A stretch of 64,000 nt of DNA. Origin: Bacillota bacterium (GTDB taxonomy: Bacteria; Bacillota; Limnochordia; DTU080). The stretch spans positions 45,226-109,225 of the forward strand of contig DULU01000066.1 in the NCBI GenBank assembly GCA_012840225.1, given 5' to 3'. This document shows, one piece after another, positions 1 to 9,539 of this stretch. Position numbers and translations under genes: made by a program. The notes under the pieces were generated by a model, which saw only the letters and a list, made by a program, of their open reading frames with translations, did not search any database and was not told where the DNA came from. Positions within the stretch are counted from its first letter, which is position 1, and every line of letters begins with the position of its first letter.

Positions 1-1
1 T

Positions 2-154
2 TTCCCGGCAGCGGGTGCGGAGTATCCTTTCACTGTAGACATAGAGAGGGGTGCCGAATTGGGCGGCCACATCCCGGGCTTCACGGCCTGCCAGTTTCAG
101 GGAGCCCTTCTCTACCGTGATCTCAGGTTTCCCGGTGTCTACCAATGTTTTTAG
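2..154 (+). CDS. Possible 3' end (C-terminal ~50 aa) of a gene entering from upstream; product unknown
   Basis: Frame 2 is open from the window edge to TAG at 152-154. It translates to a protein-like sequence (…PAAGAEYPFTVDIERGAELGGHIPGFTACQFQGALLYRDLRFPGVYQCF). No start can be seen because the gene would begin outside the window. Confidence 0.25.
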   Translation, partial: FPAAGAEYPFTVDIERGAELGGHIPGFTACQFQGALLYRDLRFPGVYQCF

Positions 155-408
155 GCGGTTCAGCAAATGGCGGTGAGCGTCGTCTGCGGATAATGGTGTG
201 GTAGGCTGCAATGGCGAACATCCTCTCTCTCCAGCGGGGAAAATGGCGCTGATGGTGTTTCAGGCTAAATAATAACACAAAAATAGATGTTGTCGGAAGG
301 AGGCAATAACAGGTATACATAATATTATTACGAGGGTTGAAATAAATCCTCACCAGCGGTCGTCGCCTCCTGCAATAAACATTTATCATTTTGAAGGGAG
401 ATAATGAA

Positions 409-1740
409 ATGTCAAAATTAGCACTGCTAGGGGGACCAAAGGCTGTTCAGACTCCGCCGGGTGACATATTCACCTGGCCGATCATCACCAAAGAAGATGA
501 AGAAGCCGTATTGGAAGTGCTGCGTGGTGGGAAGATGTCCGGCACGGACATCACCAAACAGTTTGAAAAGGAATTTGCCGAGTGGCAGGGGGTAAAATAT
601 GCTCTGGCGCACAACAACGGCACCTCCGCCCTCCTGGGGGCGATGTATGGTTGCGGGGTAGGCGTCGGCGACGAGATCATTTGCCCCAGCGTCACCTACT
701 GGGCCTCCGCCGCCCCTGTATACGATCTGGGCGGTACGGTGGTATTTGCCGATATCGATCCCAAATCCCTCTGCATTGATCCTAAAGATATCGAGCACCG
801 CATCACCAAGCGCACCAAAGCCATCGTGGTGGTGCATTACCTCGGTCATCCGGCAGATATGGATCCGATCATGGAGATCGCCAACCGCCACGGCATTAAG
901 GTGATCGAAGACGTCTCCCATGCCCAGGGCGGTCTTTATAAAGGGCGGAAGCTCGGCACCATCGGTCATGTGGGAGCGATGTCCCTGATGAGCGGCAAGT
1001 CGTTTGCCATCGGGGAAGCCGGGATGTTGGTCACCAATGACCGGGAGATTTATGAGAGAGCCGTGGCTTTAGGCCATTATGAGCGCTATCACGAGTCCGA
1101 AATCGAAACCGAATATCTGAAGCCATATGCCGGCCTGCCGCTCGGCGGCTACAAGAACCGCATCCACCAGATGAGTTCCGCCGTCGGCCGGGTGCAGCTG
1201 AAGTATTACGACGAGCGGTGCGCCGAGATCCGCAAGGCCATGAACTACTTCTGGGATCTGCTGGAAGGGGTTCCGGGACTGGAAGCCCATCGCACGCCGC
1301 CGCATGATCCCAATACCAACATGGCCGGTTGGTATGCCGCCAGGGGCATCTATCATCCGGAGGAGTTGGGTGGTCTCTCGGTGGGTCGCTTTGCCGCCGC
1401 CGTCCGGGCGGAGGGGGCACCCTGCGGGGCTGGGGCCAACAAACCGCTGCACCTGCATCCTCTCTTCAACACTGCCGATGTCTATGGGCACGGCAAGCCC
1501 ACCCGCATCGCCAACTCCGACCGCGACCTGCGCCAGCCGAAGGGCAGCCTGCCGGTGAGCGAGAATTCACCGAACACTTTGTATTCCATCCCCTGGTTCA
1601 AGAAGTTCTATCCGCAGATCATCGAAGAGTATGCCATGGCTTTCCGCAAAGTGGCGGAAAACTACAAAGATCTCCTGCCCGGCGACAAGAAGGACGACAG
1701 CAATCTGGGCGGATATCACTTCTACCAGCATAGCTCATGA
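409..1740 (+). CDS. DegT/DnrJ/EryC1/StrS-family PLP-dependent sugar aminotransferase
   Basis: The 444-aa ORF MSKLALLGGPKAV…NGTSALL…GDEIICPS…SGKSFAIGEAGML matches the DegT-family pattern. An AAGGGAG RBS sits 8 nt upstream of ATG 409. The track ORF begins at in-frame TTG 391. Confidence 0.8.
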   Translation: MSKLALLGGPKAVQTPPGDIFTWPIITKEDEEAVLEVLRGGKMSGTDITKQFEKEFAEWQGVKYALAHNNGTSALLGAMYGCGVGVGDEIICPSVTYWASAAPVYDLGGTVVFADIDPKSLCIDPKDIEHRITKRTKAIVVVHYLGHPADMDPIMEIANRHGIKVIEDVSHAQGGLYKGRKLGTIGHVGAMSLMSGKSFAIGEAGMLVTNDREIYERAVALGHYERYHESEIETEYLKPYAGLPLGGYKNRIHQMSSAVGRVQLKYYDERCAEIRKAMNYFWDLLEGVPGLEAHRTPPHDPNTNMAGWYAARGIYHPEELGGLSVGRFAAAVRAEGAPCGAGANKPLHLHPLFNTADVYGHGKPTRIANSDRDLRQPKGSLPVSENSPNTLYSIPWFKKFYPQIIEEYAMAFRKVAENYKDLLPGDKKDDSNLGGYHFYQHSS

Positions 1741-1842
1741 GAGGCTCATAAGAGCGGAAAAAGCGGCGTGCCTCCGACTGCCTGAGCTGCAGCCGGACGG
1801 TGCGCCGCTTTGTTTGTCGGTACTTTTCGCTTGCCGCCGCTT

Positions 1843-3003
1843 TCAGTGCGTGCCGGCCACATCCAGGGTGCGGGAGGCGCCGGGATCCTTTTTGACGGTC
1901 GATTTCTGGATGCGCTCCTGCAGCAGCCGGAGATAAGTCTCTTCATCCACCGGGATCTCGGCCCAGTCGTCAAGCCAGGCGGAGAGATGCATGGCATTGG
2001 CGAGCTCCACACCGTTGATGCCTTCCACTCCCGGTGCCAGGAGGGGAGTACCTTTTATGATGGCATTCACCCAGTTTTCCGTGATGCCTCTGTGAGCGGT
2101 GGACCGGCCCCGCACCGGGACCTCGCATTTCCAGCATTCCGGTGAGCCGAAGCCGCCTTTCCATTCCCGATTGAACTGGCGCTCGGGGACGCGCAGCCGC
2201 CAGAAAATCAGCTGGTCGTTTTCCACCACCACTTTACCTCTGTCGGCCGATATCTCCAACCGGTTGGTGCCGGGGGCATCGCCGGTAGAGGTGATGAAGA
2301 CGCCGGTGGCGCCGTTTTCATATTCCATATAAGCCGTGACGTCGTCTTCCACTTCGATGTCGTGATATTTCCCGAAACCGCAGAAGGCGCGCACCCGCTT
2401 GGGCATGCCGCAAATCCACTGCCATAGATCGAGCTGGTGCGGATCCTGATTGACCAGCACGCCGCCGCCCTCGCCGGCCCAGGTGGCGCGCCAGCCGCCC
2501 GAATCATAATAGCTCTGCGGACGGTACCAACTGGTGATGATCCAGATGACACGCTTGATCTCGCCAAGCTCGCCGCTTTTCACCAGGTCTCTCAGCTTCT
2601 GATAAAGCGGGTTGGTGCGCTGGTTGAACATGATCCCGAAAGTCAGGCCGCTGGCTTTGGCTTTCTCGTTCATCTCCCGCACCTGCTTGGTATATACGCC
2701 GGCCGGCTTCTCCACCAGCACATGCAGTCCGTGGTTGAAAGCTTCTATGGCCAGCGGCGGATGGGAATAGTGCGGTGTGGCGATCATCACCGCATCCACC
2801 TGTCCGGAAGAGAAGAGCTCCCCGGCATCACTGAAATAAGCTATTTTGTCGCCGAAAGATTTCTTCGCCCACTCCAGCCTTTGCGGGCTTATATCGCACA
2901 CGGCGGTCAGCCTGGCCTGGGGTATCTCGCCATTGAAAAGGTACTGGCTGTGAGACGATCCCATGTTCCCGATACCGATTACCCCAATACGTACGTCTTT
3001 CAA
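1843..3003 (-). CDS. Gfo/Idh/MocA-family NAD(P)-dependent oxidoreductase
   Basis: N-terminus MKDVRIGVIGIGNMG carries the Rossmann GxGxxG motif, followed by the EKP motif (LVEKPAG). TTG start with a GGAGGG RBS 6 nt upstream. Convergent with the DegT gene. Confidence 0.85.
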   Translation of the reverse strand: MKDVRIGVIGIGNMGSSHSQYLFNGEIPQARLTAVCDISPQRLEWAKKSFGDKIAYFSDAGELFSSGQVDAVMIATPHYSHPPLAIEAFNHGLHVLVEKPAGVYTKQVREMNEKAKASGLTFGIMFNQRTNPLYQKLRDLVKSGELGEIKRVIWIITSWYRPQSYYDSGGWRATWAGEGGGVLVNQDPHQLDLWQWICGMPKRVRAFCGFGKYHDIEVEDDVTAYMEYENGATGVFITSTGDAPGTNRLEISADRGKVVVENDQLIFWRLRVPERQFNREWKGGFGSPECWKCEVPVRGRSTAHRGITENWVNAIIKGTPLLAPGVEGINGVELANAMHLSAWLDDWAEIPVDEETYLRLLQERIQKSTVKKDPGASRTLDVAGTH

Positions 3004-3147
3004 AACAATCCCTCCGTTATTCGCTCATCATTCCTGATGTGAGAGCAGGTATTTACAGCAGGTTTTTCCTTCTAACCATACTTAATTCTCCGAAGCGGTT
3101 CTTTCTCCCTGCAGAAGCCGATTTGCCCGAGGTTTTGTCATTTTGGT

Positions 3148-3603
3148 TTACGGCTCATGGTTATCCGGCCCAATCTCATCCGTTCGAGAAGGATGGTGCC
3201 TCCCTCTGCGCCATCTATGGCCGGGACCAGGAGCGCGGTCGCAATGGGGGCAGAAACCTTCGATCGTATTATGGATTTCGGGGCTGTTTTCAGACAGGTG
3301 TGAGGGGGCGGTGTCATTACCGCCATCTGCTCCCTCTATTTGAATGGCCCAACCGTTTATGAGCGCGGTGGCCACTTTGTGTCTGGCTGAGACAAGAATG
3401 CGCTGAAATGTAGGTCGCGATATGCGCATGTGTTCGGCACATTTTTCCTGATCCAGTCCTAGTTTATCCTTTAACCTGAGCGCTTCGAGTTCTGCCAAAC
3501 CCAAAACCACAGTATCCAAAGTATGCAGAGGCACACCGGCAGGCTTGAACGAAATCACTTGGGGTCTAAAGCCGATATGCCTGGGTATGGCGGGACGCGG
3601 CAT
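3148..3603 (-). CDS. DUF134 (UPF0251) predicted DNA-binding protein
   Basis: MPRP…FKPAGVPL…VVLGLAELEALRLKDKLGLDQEKCAEHMRISRPTFQRIL matches the DUF134 N-terminal HTH signature. There is a C-terminal extension containing a CPHC motif. Confidence 0.8.
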   Translation of the reverse strand: MPRPAIPRHIGFRPQVISFKPAGVPLHTLDTVVLGLAELEALRLKDKLGLDQEKCAEHMRISRPTFQRILVSARHKVATALINGWAIQIEGADGGNDTAPSHLSENSPEIHNTIEGFCPHCDRAPGPGHRWRRGRHHPSRTDEIGPDNHEP

Positions 3604-3752
3604 AAGCCCTCACTCCTCTTCCTTACGGAGCAACTATCCTTTTGTTCCCTCGCACTCCGCATTTATCACTATTTACAATACCATCATATCACTCATCAGG
3701 TCATCCTTCTGCCCGGTGACCTGCCTCTTCCTGTGAGCTGGTGCCAATCTAT

Positions 3753-3782
3753 GAAAAGAGGCGGAGCAAGCCCCGCCTCTCT
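3753..3782 (-). terminator. Rho-independent terminator or attenuator between the DUF5320 and DUF134 genes
   Basis: On the minus strand the sequence reads AGAGGCGGGGCTTGCTCCGCCTCT followed by TTTTCAT. That is a GC-rich 9-bp stem with a 6-nt loop and a short T-run, about 50 nt after the DUF5320 stop. Confidence 0.45.
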
Positions 3783-3832
3783 TCAAACCGGATAGGCAAT
3801 GTTTTCCGGTGAGTTTAAATCACCACTCGGTT

Positions 3833-4180
3833 CTACGCCTCTTTGTCTTTTTTATCCTTCAGCTCCAAGAGCCGCTTGCGTACGGCTTCAAGGCTTTTTT
3901 CGAGATAGGCTGCTTCTTCCTTCAAAGCTTCCTCCTCATCGATGTGCGGATATCCCGGCACTCCCGGAGCCACGGGAGTCCTAAATCCTCTCCGGAAACC
4001 TATTCCCATGCCCCGACCGCAGACCCGGCCCCAGCCTAGACCACGTCCATAACCGAAACCGCGCCCGAAACCGTAGCCGGCATGCATGTAACCTGGTGCG
4101 GGGTATCCTGCGCAATATCCTAACCCTCTACCTGTCATTGGACCGTATCTCATCGGCCCGGTACCATCGCCTCTAGGCAT
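3833..4180 (-). CDS. DUF5320-family Gly/Tyr/Arg-rich protein with C-terminal coiled-coil
   Basis: The MPRGDGTGPMRYGPMTGRGLGYCAGY start is characteristic of DUF5320. It is followed by RG/GY low-complexity repeats and an acidic/basic coiled-coil tail. Confidence 0.75.
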   Translation of the reverse strand: MPRGDGTGPMRYGPMTGRGLGYCAGYPAPGYMHAGYGFGRGFGYGRGLGWGRVCGRGMGIGFRRGFRTPVAPGVPGYPHIDEEEALKEEAAYLEKSLEAVRKRLLELKDKKDKEA

Positions 4181-4220
4181 AATCTCATACCTCCTCGCAG
4201 TAGCCTAAGGTCATAATGAT

Positions 4221-4259
4221 CATATGCTCATTTAAATTATACCAAGTAATGAGCATATG
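4221..4259. promoter_or_regulatory. Perfect 12-bp inverted repeat, candidate operator upstream of the DUF5320-DUF134 genes
   Basis: CATATGCTCATT at 4221-4232 is the exact reverse complement of AATGAGCATATG at 4248-4259, with a 15-bp AT-rich spacer. It lies 40-80 bp upstream of the DUF5320 start at 4180. Confidence 0.4.
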
Positions 4260-4320
4260 TCAACAACCGGCTGTAAATGCAGCGCGGGCAATAGGTGAGG
4301 TAGTGATAAATTTGCCGGTT

Positions 4321-5091
4321 TTAAGGGTTTACTTCGGAAGAAGGAGTGTGGCTGGCGGAGCCGCGGCTGGAGAGCACTCTGACTTCGCTATAGCCGGCCC
4401 ACTGCACGAGACCGTTGCGTTTTAGATAATCGGCGAGTTCCAGCACGCTGCCCCGTGGAGCATGCTTCAGCTCTACCACCAGCTCGCCCGGCGCCGGGGT
4501 GTATATGGCCTGCACCGGGCCCAACCGTTCGGCAAGGCCGGGGTAGTGCGGCAGTTGCTCGGCGACCATCTGCTGCTTGAGGCGTTGGGGGATGGTGCCC
4601 CAGCGCCTGAGCATCCACACCATGGCCCGCTGCCAAACCGTATAGAAGAAGGTGCCGATCGTCAGGTAGAAGACCACTGCCGACCAGGGACGGGAGATGA
4701 TCACTTTGAGAAGGCCGCCTCGGCCGGACATGATCACGAAGAGCCAGAAGATGGGGCTGAGCGCCAGGGCGACGAGGTAATCCAGGCTGAAGCGGCGGAG
4801 CGGTCTTATGCGGGACCTGAGAAATCTATAGACCCGGCTTTCATTGCCCCGCCGGGCGAGGCCGAACACCAGGCCTAAGAGGAGAGCGATGACGACCAGA
4901 TAGAACAACGTATCGGCGGCAGAAGTGACCAGGTGGAAGAGGCCCTGAAAGGAGGCACCGGATAGCCAGGCAATGAGATAGTTGAAGAGCACGAGCAGAG
5001 CCGGCGGCAGCAATATGCTTAAACCGGCCAGGCTGCTCATTGTCAGATAAAGAAGCCAGGGAGTAGAGCAGGTCAGCGCCCGGTTCTCCAT
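4321..5091 (-). CDS. Hypothetical integral membrane protein (about 4 TM helices plus a cytoplasmic C-terminal domain)
   Basis: Several hydrophobic stretches are visible (LAGLSILLPPALLVLFNYLIAWL, LFYLVVIALLLGLVFGL, LALSPIFWLFVIM, AVVFYLTIGTFFY). No RBS is evident, so the start is uncertain. Confidence 0.45.
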   Translation of the reverse strand: MENRALTCSTPWLLYLTMSSLAGLSILLPPALLVLFNYLIAWLSGASFQGLFHLVTSAADTLFYLVVIALLLGLVFGLARRGNESRVYRFLRSRIRPLRRFSLDYLVALALSPIFWLFVIMSGRGGLLKVIISRPWSAVVFYLTIGTFFYTVWQRAMVWMLRRWGTIPQRLKQQMVAEQLPHYPGLAERLGPVQAIYTPAPGELVVELKHAPRGSVLELADYLKRNGLVQWAGYSEVRVLSSRGSASHTPSSEVNP

Positions 5092-5117
5092 GGAGAAAAT
5101 GAGCCAAGCATTGATGT

Positions 5118-6353
5118 CTATGTTCTGCTCTTTTCGCGTATTGGTGCTCCTTTAATCTGAATGTGCACGGCGCGCTCGTGGTTGAACAGCAAGCCGAGCT
5201 TATGGTCGAGGACCAGTGCCGCCGTGCCGACCGAGCCGGCGTTGTGCCGGAAATGTCCCGGGCTTAGTGTAGTCCGGCTGAGATGATATTTTAAGGTTCT
5301 TTGCTCGATCACCTTTTTTATCATATTGAACAGCAGATCGTTATGCTGCAGAACGGAGCCGCCGATCACCACCCCGTTGGGATTGAAGATATTGATGAGA
5401 TTGGCGATGGCGATGCCGAGATGGCCGGCCATCTCTTCCAGGCAGTCAAGGGCGATCTTCTCTCCCCGCATGGCGGCTTGGCATATGCTCTCGACGGTGA
5501 TGCTGCCGGTGTTTCCTGATAGGCCGGCCTTTTCCCCATACAATCTTACCAGGGCTCTGCCCGAAGCCACCAGTTCCAGGCAACCCCGGTTGCCGCAGGA
5601 GCACAAGGGGCCATCCGGCACGGCGGTGATGTGGCCGATCTGCCCGGAGCCATAGGCATGGCCTTTGTAAAGCTGCCCGTCGATGAGCAAGGCAGCCACC
5701 ACCCCGGTGTCGACGCCGACATAGATGACGTGGGACTTGCCAGCCCCGGCGCCGTAGCGGCTTTCCGCCAGACCGCCGGCAATGTGCCGGTTGATGACCA
5801 AAGCTCTGAGGCTGATTTCCTTTTCCAGAAGCCGGCGGACAGGGACATCGACCCAGCCCCGGTCCTCAGACTGAATGATCACTCCGGCCTCTTCATCCAC
5901 TATGCCGGGTACCCCCACGCCGACGGCCGGGAGCAGCTTATATTCGGTCTGTTTTATGATGGCGGCCAGTTTTTGTCCTAAGGTGCGGAAAGTGTCCTCG
6001 GGAGACTTATATTCGGCCGGGATATTAAGCTGACGGCATATTTTCCCGGCCAGGTTGGTGATGACCACTACCCATTCGGTGTCGCGCAGCTCCACCCCCA
6101 AAGCATGCCAGGCGTCGGCGTTAAGTTCCAGAAGCAGGCCGGGACGGCCGCCTGTCAGAACCGATTCACCTGTTTCGCGTATTATGCCGGTCGGCAACAG
6201 TTCATCGACAATCTGGGAGATGGAGGTGCGGCTGAGCTTGGTATAGCGGGCCAGTCTGGCGCGGGAGACGGGTGTATGCGCTTCAATGGCCGACATCACC
6301 AGTTGCCTGTTATGCTGTTTTAAAACTTCCGGACCTGCAGCTTTGTCGAACAT
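5118..6353 (-). CDS. ROK-family transcriptional regulator (N-terminal HTH plus ROK sugar-kinase-like domain)
   Basis: N-terminal wHTH …SRARLARYTKLSRTSISQIVDEL… is followed by the ROK zinc motif CSCGNRGCLE and glycine-rich ATPase loops. GGAG RBS 7 nt upstream of the ATG. Confidence 0.85.
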   Translation of the reverse strand: MFDKAAGPEVLKQHNRQLVMSAIEAHTPVSRARLARYTKLSRTSISQIVDELLPTGIIRETGESVLTGGRPGLLLELNADAWHALGVELRDTEWVVVITNLAGKICRQLNIPAEYKSPEDTFRTLGQKLAAIIKQTEYKLLPAVGVGVPGIVDEEAGVIIQSEDRGWVDVPVRRLLEKEISLRALVINRHIAGGLAESRYGAGAGKSHVIYVGVDTGVVAALLIDGQLYKGHAYGSGQIGHITAVPDGPLCSCGNRGCLELVASGRALVRLYGEKAGLSGNTGSITVESICQAAMRGEKIALDCLEEMAGHLGIAIANLINIFNPNGVVIGGSVLQHNDLLFNMIKKVIEQRTLKYHLSRTTLSPGHFRHNAGSVGTAALVLDHKLGLLFNHERAVHIQIKGAPIREKSRT

Positions 6354-6513
6354 GACGAACTCCGCTTGAAAATAGTATGGAATAGTTTTTCCCTATGTTA
6401 GCTGAAAAGCTCCTCTATCCCTGCCAAACGGCGGCTAATTCAGCTAATCCTGATCGCCTCATGATAGCCGGGCTATGTAAAAGTTGTTGACAAAGGTAGC
6501 GGAGCCGATTAAC

Positions 6514-9405
6514 ATGGAAAGCAAATCCAGACTTGGTTTGGAAAAAAGTAGTGCGGGGGGATCTTCCTTGCCTGAGGCGGTAGCCGGCGAACGACTGGGT
6601 AGTTTCAAAGATGATAAAATCCACTTTACCAGTGATATACCATCCGGCAATGGTTTTATGTTTCGTAAATTGGCACCTGATACATTCCGGTTTCATATAC
6701 GAAATAATGGTGAGTCGTTTGCGCAATATTTCCATATAGAGATCCATTCGGAGATACTACCCCGGCAATTGCGGTTGCAGGTGGCCGACGGGGTAGCCTG
6801 GGGCCGGCCCGCTTTAGCTTACACCTGGTATAAGCCTGTCATCCGTCCCGCCGGTCGGAACCAGAACCGCTGGGAGACGGTGCCAGACATGACGGCCCGC
6901 CTCATTTCCAACGGAGCGGTTATCGGTGAGCAAATGGTGGAATATAGCTTCACCATCCATGAATCACCTATTCGGTTTGCCTCTGTTATTCCGCATACCT
7001 GGCCGGATTTGGAGAGCTGGTTGGAGCGGATCAAGGGATGGTCCGGAGTGCAGGTGGGAACAGCGGGATCCACGGTGCTTGGTCACCGCATTCCTATGAT
7101 TGATATCAGCGCCGGGCGCCCGGAGGCGGCGGCAGGCGAAAAGGTCAGGATTTTCCTCATGGCCGGCCAGCATCCGGCGGAGACGGAGTCGCGTTATGTA
7201 TTGCAATACCTGGTCGAATCCATATTAAAGCAGCCGGATTTGCTCGACAGATTTACATTTAAGATAGTGCCCATGGTCAATGTGGATGGTGTTGTTTCAG
7301 GTCGTTCATATACGAACATCAGAGATATCAATCTCAACACAGCCTGGCATGAGGCTGAAGAGGAAACCGCCCAACCGGAGATCAGTTCGCTCTACCGGCA
7401 GATAAAAGACTTCAGGCCGCATCTGCTGGTGGATATGCACAGCGGTGCCTTTCCCTTTGTATGCCGTTTTTCCTATGCCATGAACGAGGCTGAGCGGCAA
7501 ATGCTGGAGGTAGAGATCAGGAAGGCCCTGCACGAGTTGCCGTTCGGACATATGCTGCCGGCGGCAGAACGTTCGGTGGATGTGTTGTGGAATAAGGGCT
7601 TGGTCAAAGCGGCCTTCGTTTTGGAAGTCTCCCGCCTGCCCAATGATCTGTCATGGTATGAAAGGCAGGCGGCAGAGCTTTTGCGCCTCATCACCGGGTT
7701 TGCCGCCCGCCTTGCCGGTGGGAGGTTGATCTCCTCCTCGCGGCCGGTGGCGTATCGCTTTAGTCTCCCGCATTTCGGGGAGAGGTTGCCGGCGTTTTAT
7801 TACCACCACGACCTGACTGTCACCAAAAGCGAGATCGTCAACTTGGAAGTGAACGGGATACCGGCACCGAGCGGCTTATACGACATATACCTTGAACAGT
7901 CCGGAGAAGAGGCGGACCGGATCGGCAAATTGGCTGTACAGCCTGGACAATGGCTTGATATCGATCCGGGAGCTGGAGGTGGACACAGGCTGATCCTGCC
8001 GGGGTATCATCTGGCCAACCAACGGTTGACCATCGATTTCTGCACCAACCGGGCGGAGGGGCCGCTGCCTGCCGGCTCCGTGCTGCTGGTGCCGGCGGGC
8101 CGGGAGCCCGGCGACTGCGAAATAGTCGAATACACTGCCTATCGCCGGGATACCGAGCTGCAGAGGAGACCTTTTTATCAGAACTGGCCGCGCCTCTTGG
8201 AAAGAGTGGCCGCCACGGACATCGAGGTCGCTTCCCCTGAGGTCGCGTCCTTCCAGGCCATGTGGGAGGACATGGTGGATTATGCTGCTCAAAGACAGGT
8301 GCTGGACCCGGTAGATCCTCATTATGGCGCAATTTATTCCGATGAAGACAAGTATTCTTTCCGCGATGCCGCTTGTGCGGCGGTGGCTTTCATGCAGCGC
8401 TTCCATAAAGAGCGGTCGGCGGAGTGGAAAAACCGGGCCCGCCTGGCTCTTGACTATGCCTATCGCGGGCAGCAGTTTACCGCCGACCCGGAGGTGCTGG
8501 GCGGTATCGGTGAAATGGGAATGCTTGGATCTAAAGGTCGGTATCGGCGGATATATGAAAAACCGTCCGGGATCAGCGGGGTGGATACCGGGATCATTGC
8601 CTGCCACGCCGTGCGGGCTCTGGAGCTGGGCTTGACCGTTGAGGATCAGGACATCGAGGCGCTGCGGCATATAGCCGTCTGGTTTCAGAACAATGAGTAT
8701 AGGCTGTGTCAGCTGCGGCATCATCAGGGAGCCGTGACGGATTGCCAAAATTCCAATGCCATCGGGGCGGCGGCTTTGACGCTTATCTCCCAATTTTTGC
8801 AGGCGCAGGGGGTCTTCGTTCCGGGAGCTTGGTGGGCGATAGCCAGACGGACCGTCATGCATGTCCTGGACGGTCAGGAAGCGATCGGGGAATGGCCCTA
8901 TATCTTCGGCCAAATCGGCCGGGGGCAGAAGTATCATTATCAGTCCATACCCGACCAGGGGATGCTCATACACCACCTGCTTTTGTGCCGGGCCGATGAG
9001 GAGTTCGCCCGGCTGATCAACGAGAGCGGCTGCTTGCCCCGCCTGGCCTATTGGTACCTGCTCACCAGCAGATTTGTGGAGGAGGGTGACATCACCCTTG
9101 ACTATGAAGAGGCGCCTGGAACCGGTTTGGGTTTCAGCTGCTTCACCTGGTGCCGCTTTATGGCTTGTGCCGCCATTGCCGCCATGCTGCCGGAGATAGG
9201 CAATAGAGATTTCTGGTGGCGGTTCGTGTTCAGCCAATTGCAATTTATCCAGCGCAAACTATATAAACCGGGCACAGGCCGGGCGCCGGTCTTACCCTCG
9301 GTCGTTCCTTTGACTTTGCATTCCTGGATTCAAGCCTTGGAGTGGAATGCCGTTTTGCTGTACGACACTTTGGCCAATTTGAGCAAAAATGATCCGGGGA
9401 GGTGA
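6514..9405 (+). CDS. M14-like zinc carboxypeptidase/deacylase domain fused to a large (~550 aa) C-terminal domain of unknown function
   Basis: HxxE appears in MAGQHPAETES and a second His in LVDMHSG, which matches the M14 / AGBL-like zinc-binding pattern. An N-terminal beta-sandwich-like segment carries DIPSGNGF. The C-terminal half is helix-rich (possibly alpha/alpha-toroid-like). ATG 6514 is preferred over the in-frame TTG at 6484 used by the track. Confidence 0.55.
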   Translation: MESKSRLGLEKSSAGGSSLPEAVAGERLGSFKDDKIHFTSDIPSGNGFMFRKLAPDTFRFHIRNNGESFAQYFHIEIHSEILPRQLRLQVADGVAWGRPALAYTWYKPVIRPAGRNQNRWETVPDMTARLISNGAVIGEQMVEYSFTIHESPIRFASVIPHTWPDLESWLERIKGWSGVQVGTAGSTVLGHRIPMIDISAGRPEAAAGEKVRIFLMAGQHPAETESRYVLQYLVESILKQPDLLDRFTFKIVPMVNVDGVVSGRSYTNIRDINLNTAWHEAEEETAQPEISSLYRQIKDFRPHLLVDMHSGAFPFVCRFSYAMNEAERQMLEVEIRKALHELPFGHMLPAAERSVDVLWNKGLVKAAFVLEVSRLPNDLSWYERQAAELLRLITGFAARLAGGRLISSSRPVAYRFSLPHFGERLPAFYYHHDLTVTKSEIVNLEVNGIPAPSGLYDIYLEQSGEEADRIGKLAVQPGQWLDIDPGAGGGHRLILPGYHLANQRLTIDFCTNRAEGPLPAGSVLLVPAGREPGDCEIVEYTAYRRDTELQRRPFYQNWPRLLERVAATDIEVASPEVASFQAMWEDMVDYAAQRQVLDPVDPHYGAIYSDEDKYSFRDAACAAVAFMQRFHKERSAEWKNRARLALDYAYRGQQFTADPEVLGGIGEMGMLGSKGRYRRIYEKPSGISGVDTGIIACHAVRALELGLTVEDQDIEALRHIAVWFQNNEYRLCQLRHHQGAVTDCQNSNAIGAAALTLISQFLQAQGVFVPGAWWAIARRTVMHVLDGQEAIGEWPYIFGQIGRGQKYHYQSIPDQGMLIHHLLLCRADEEFARLINESGCLPRLAYWYLLTSRFVEEGDITLDYEEAPGTGLGFSCFTWCRFMACAAIAAMLPEIGNRDFWWRFVFSQLQFIQRKLYKPGTGRAPVLPSVVPLTLHSWIQALEWNAVLLYDTLANLSKNDPGR

Positions 9406-9539
9406 TAGTGAGTTCACGATAGGAAGTTGGGTTAGGAGTTGGATGGAGTCTATGGGAAAAGTTTTCCGGTCTGTAATGGTCTCTACTGGCGTAGGTTAGG
9501 CTGTCCCGGTGCTCATCACTTGAAAGGTGGTTATCAAAA

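Noticed and set aside
427-969. 180-aa ORF antisense to the DegT aminotransferase gene
   Set aside because: It lies entirely inside a well-supported sense gene. Its Arg/Gly/Pro/Ala-rich composition is typical of spurious antisense frames in high-GC DNA. The same reasoning applies to 447..695, 582..779, 1031..1491 and 1304..1733.
6484-6513. TTGACA…TAACAT promoter-like hexamers overlapping the M14-fusion start
   Set aside because: The putative -10 overlaps the ATG itself, so it would imply a leaderless transcript. The match is weak and not reported as a feature.
7876-9243. 455-aa ORF antisense to the M14-fusion gene
   Set aside because: Antisense to a gene with clear catalytic motifs. It has no RBS and a low-complexity G/P/R-rich translation.
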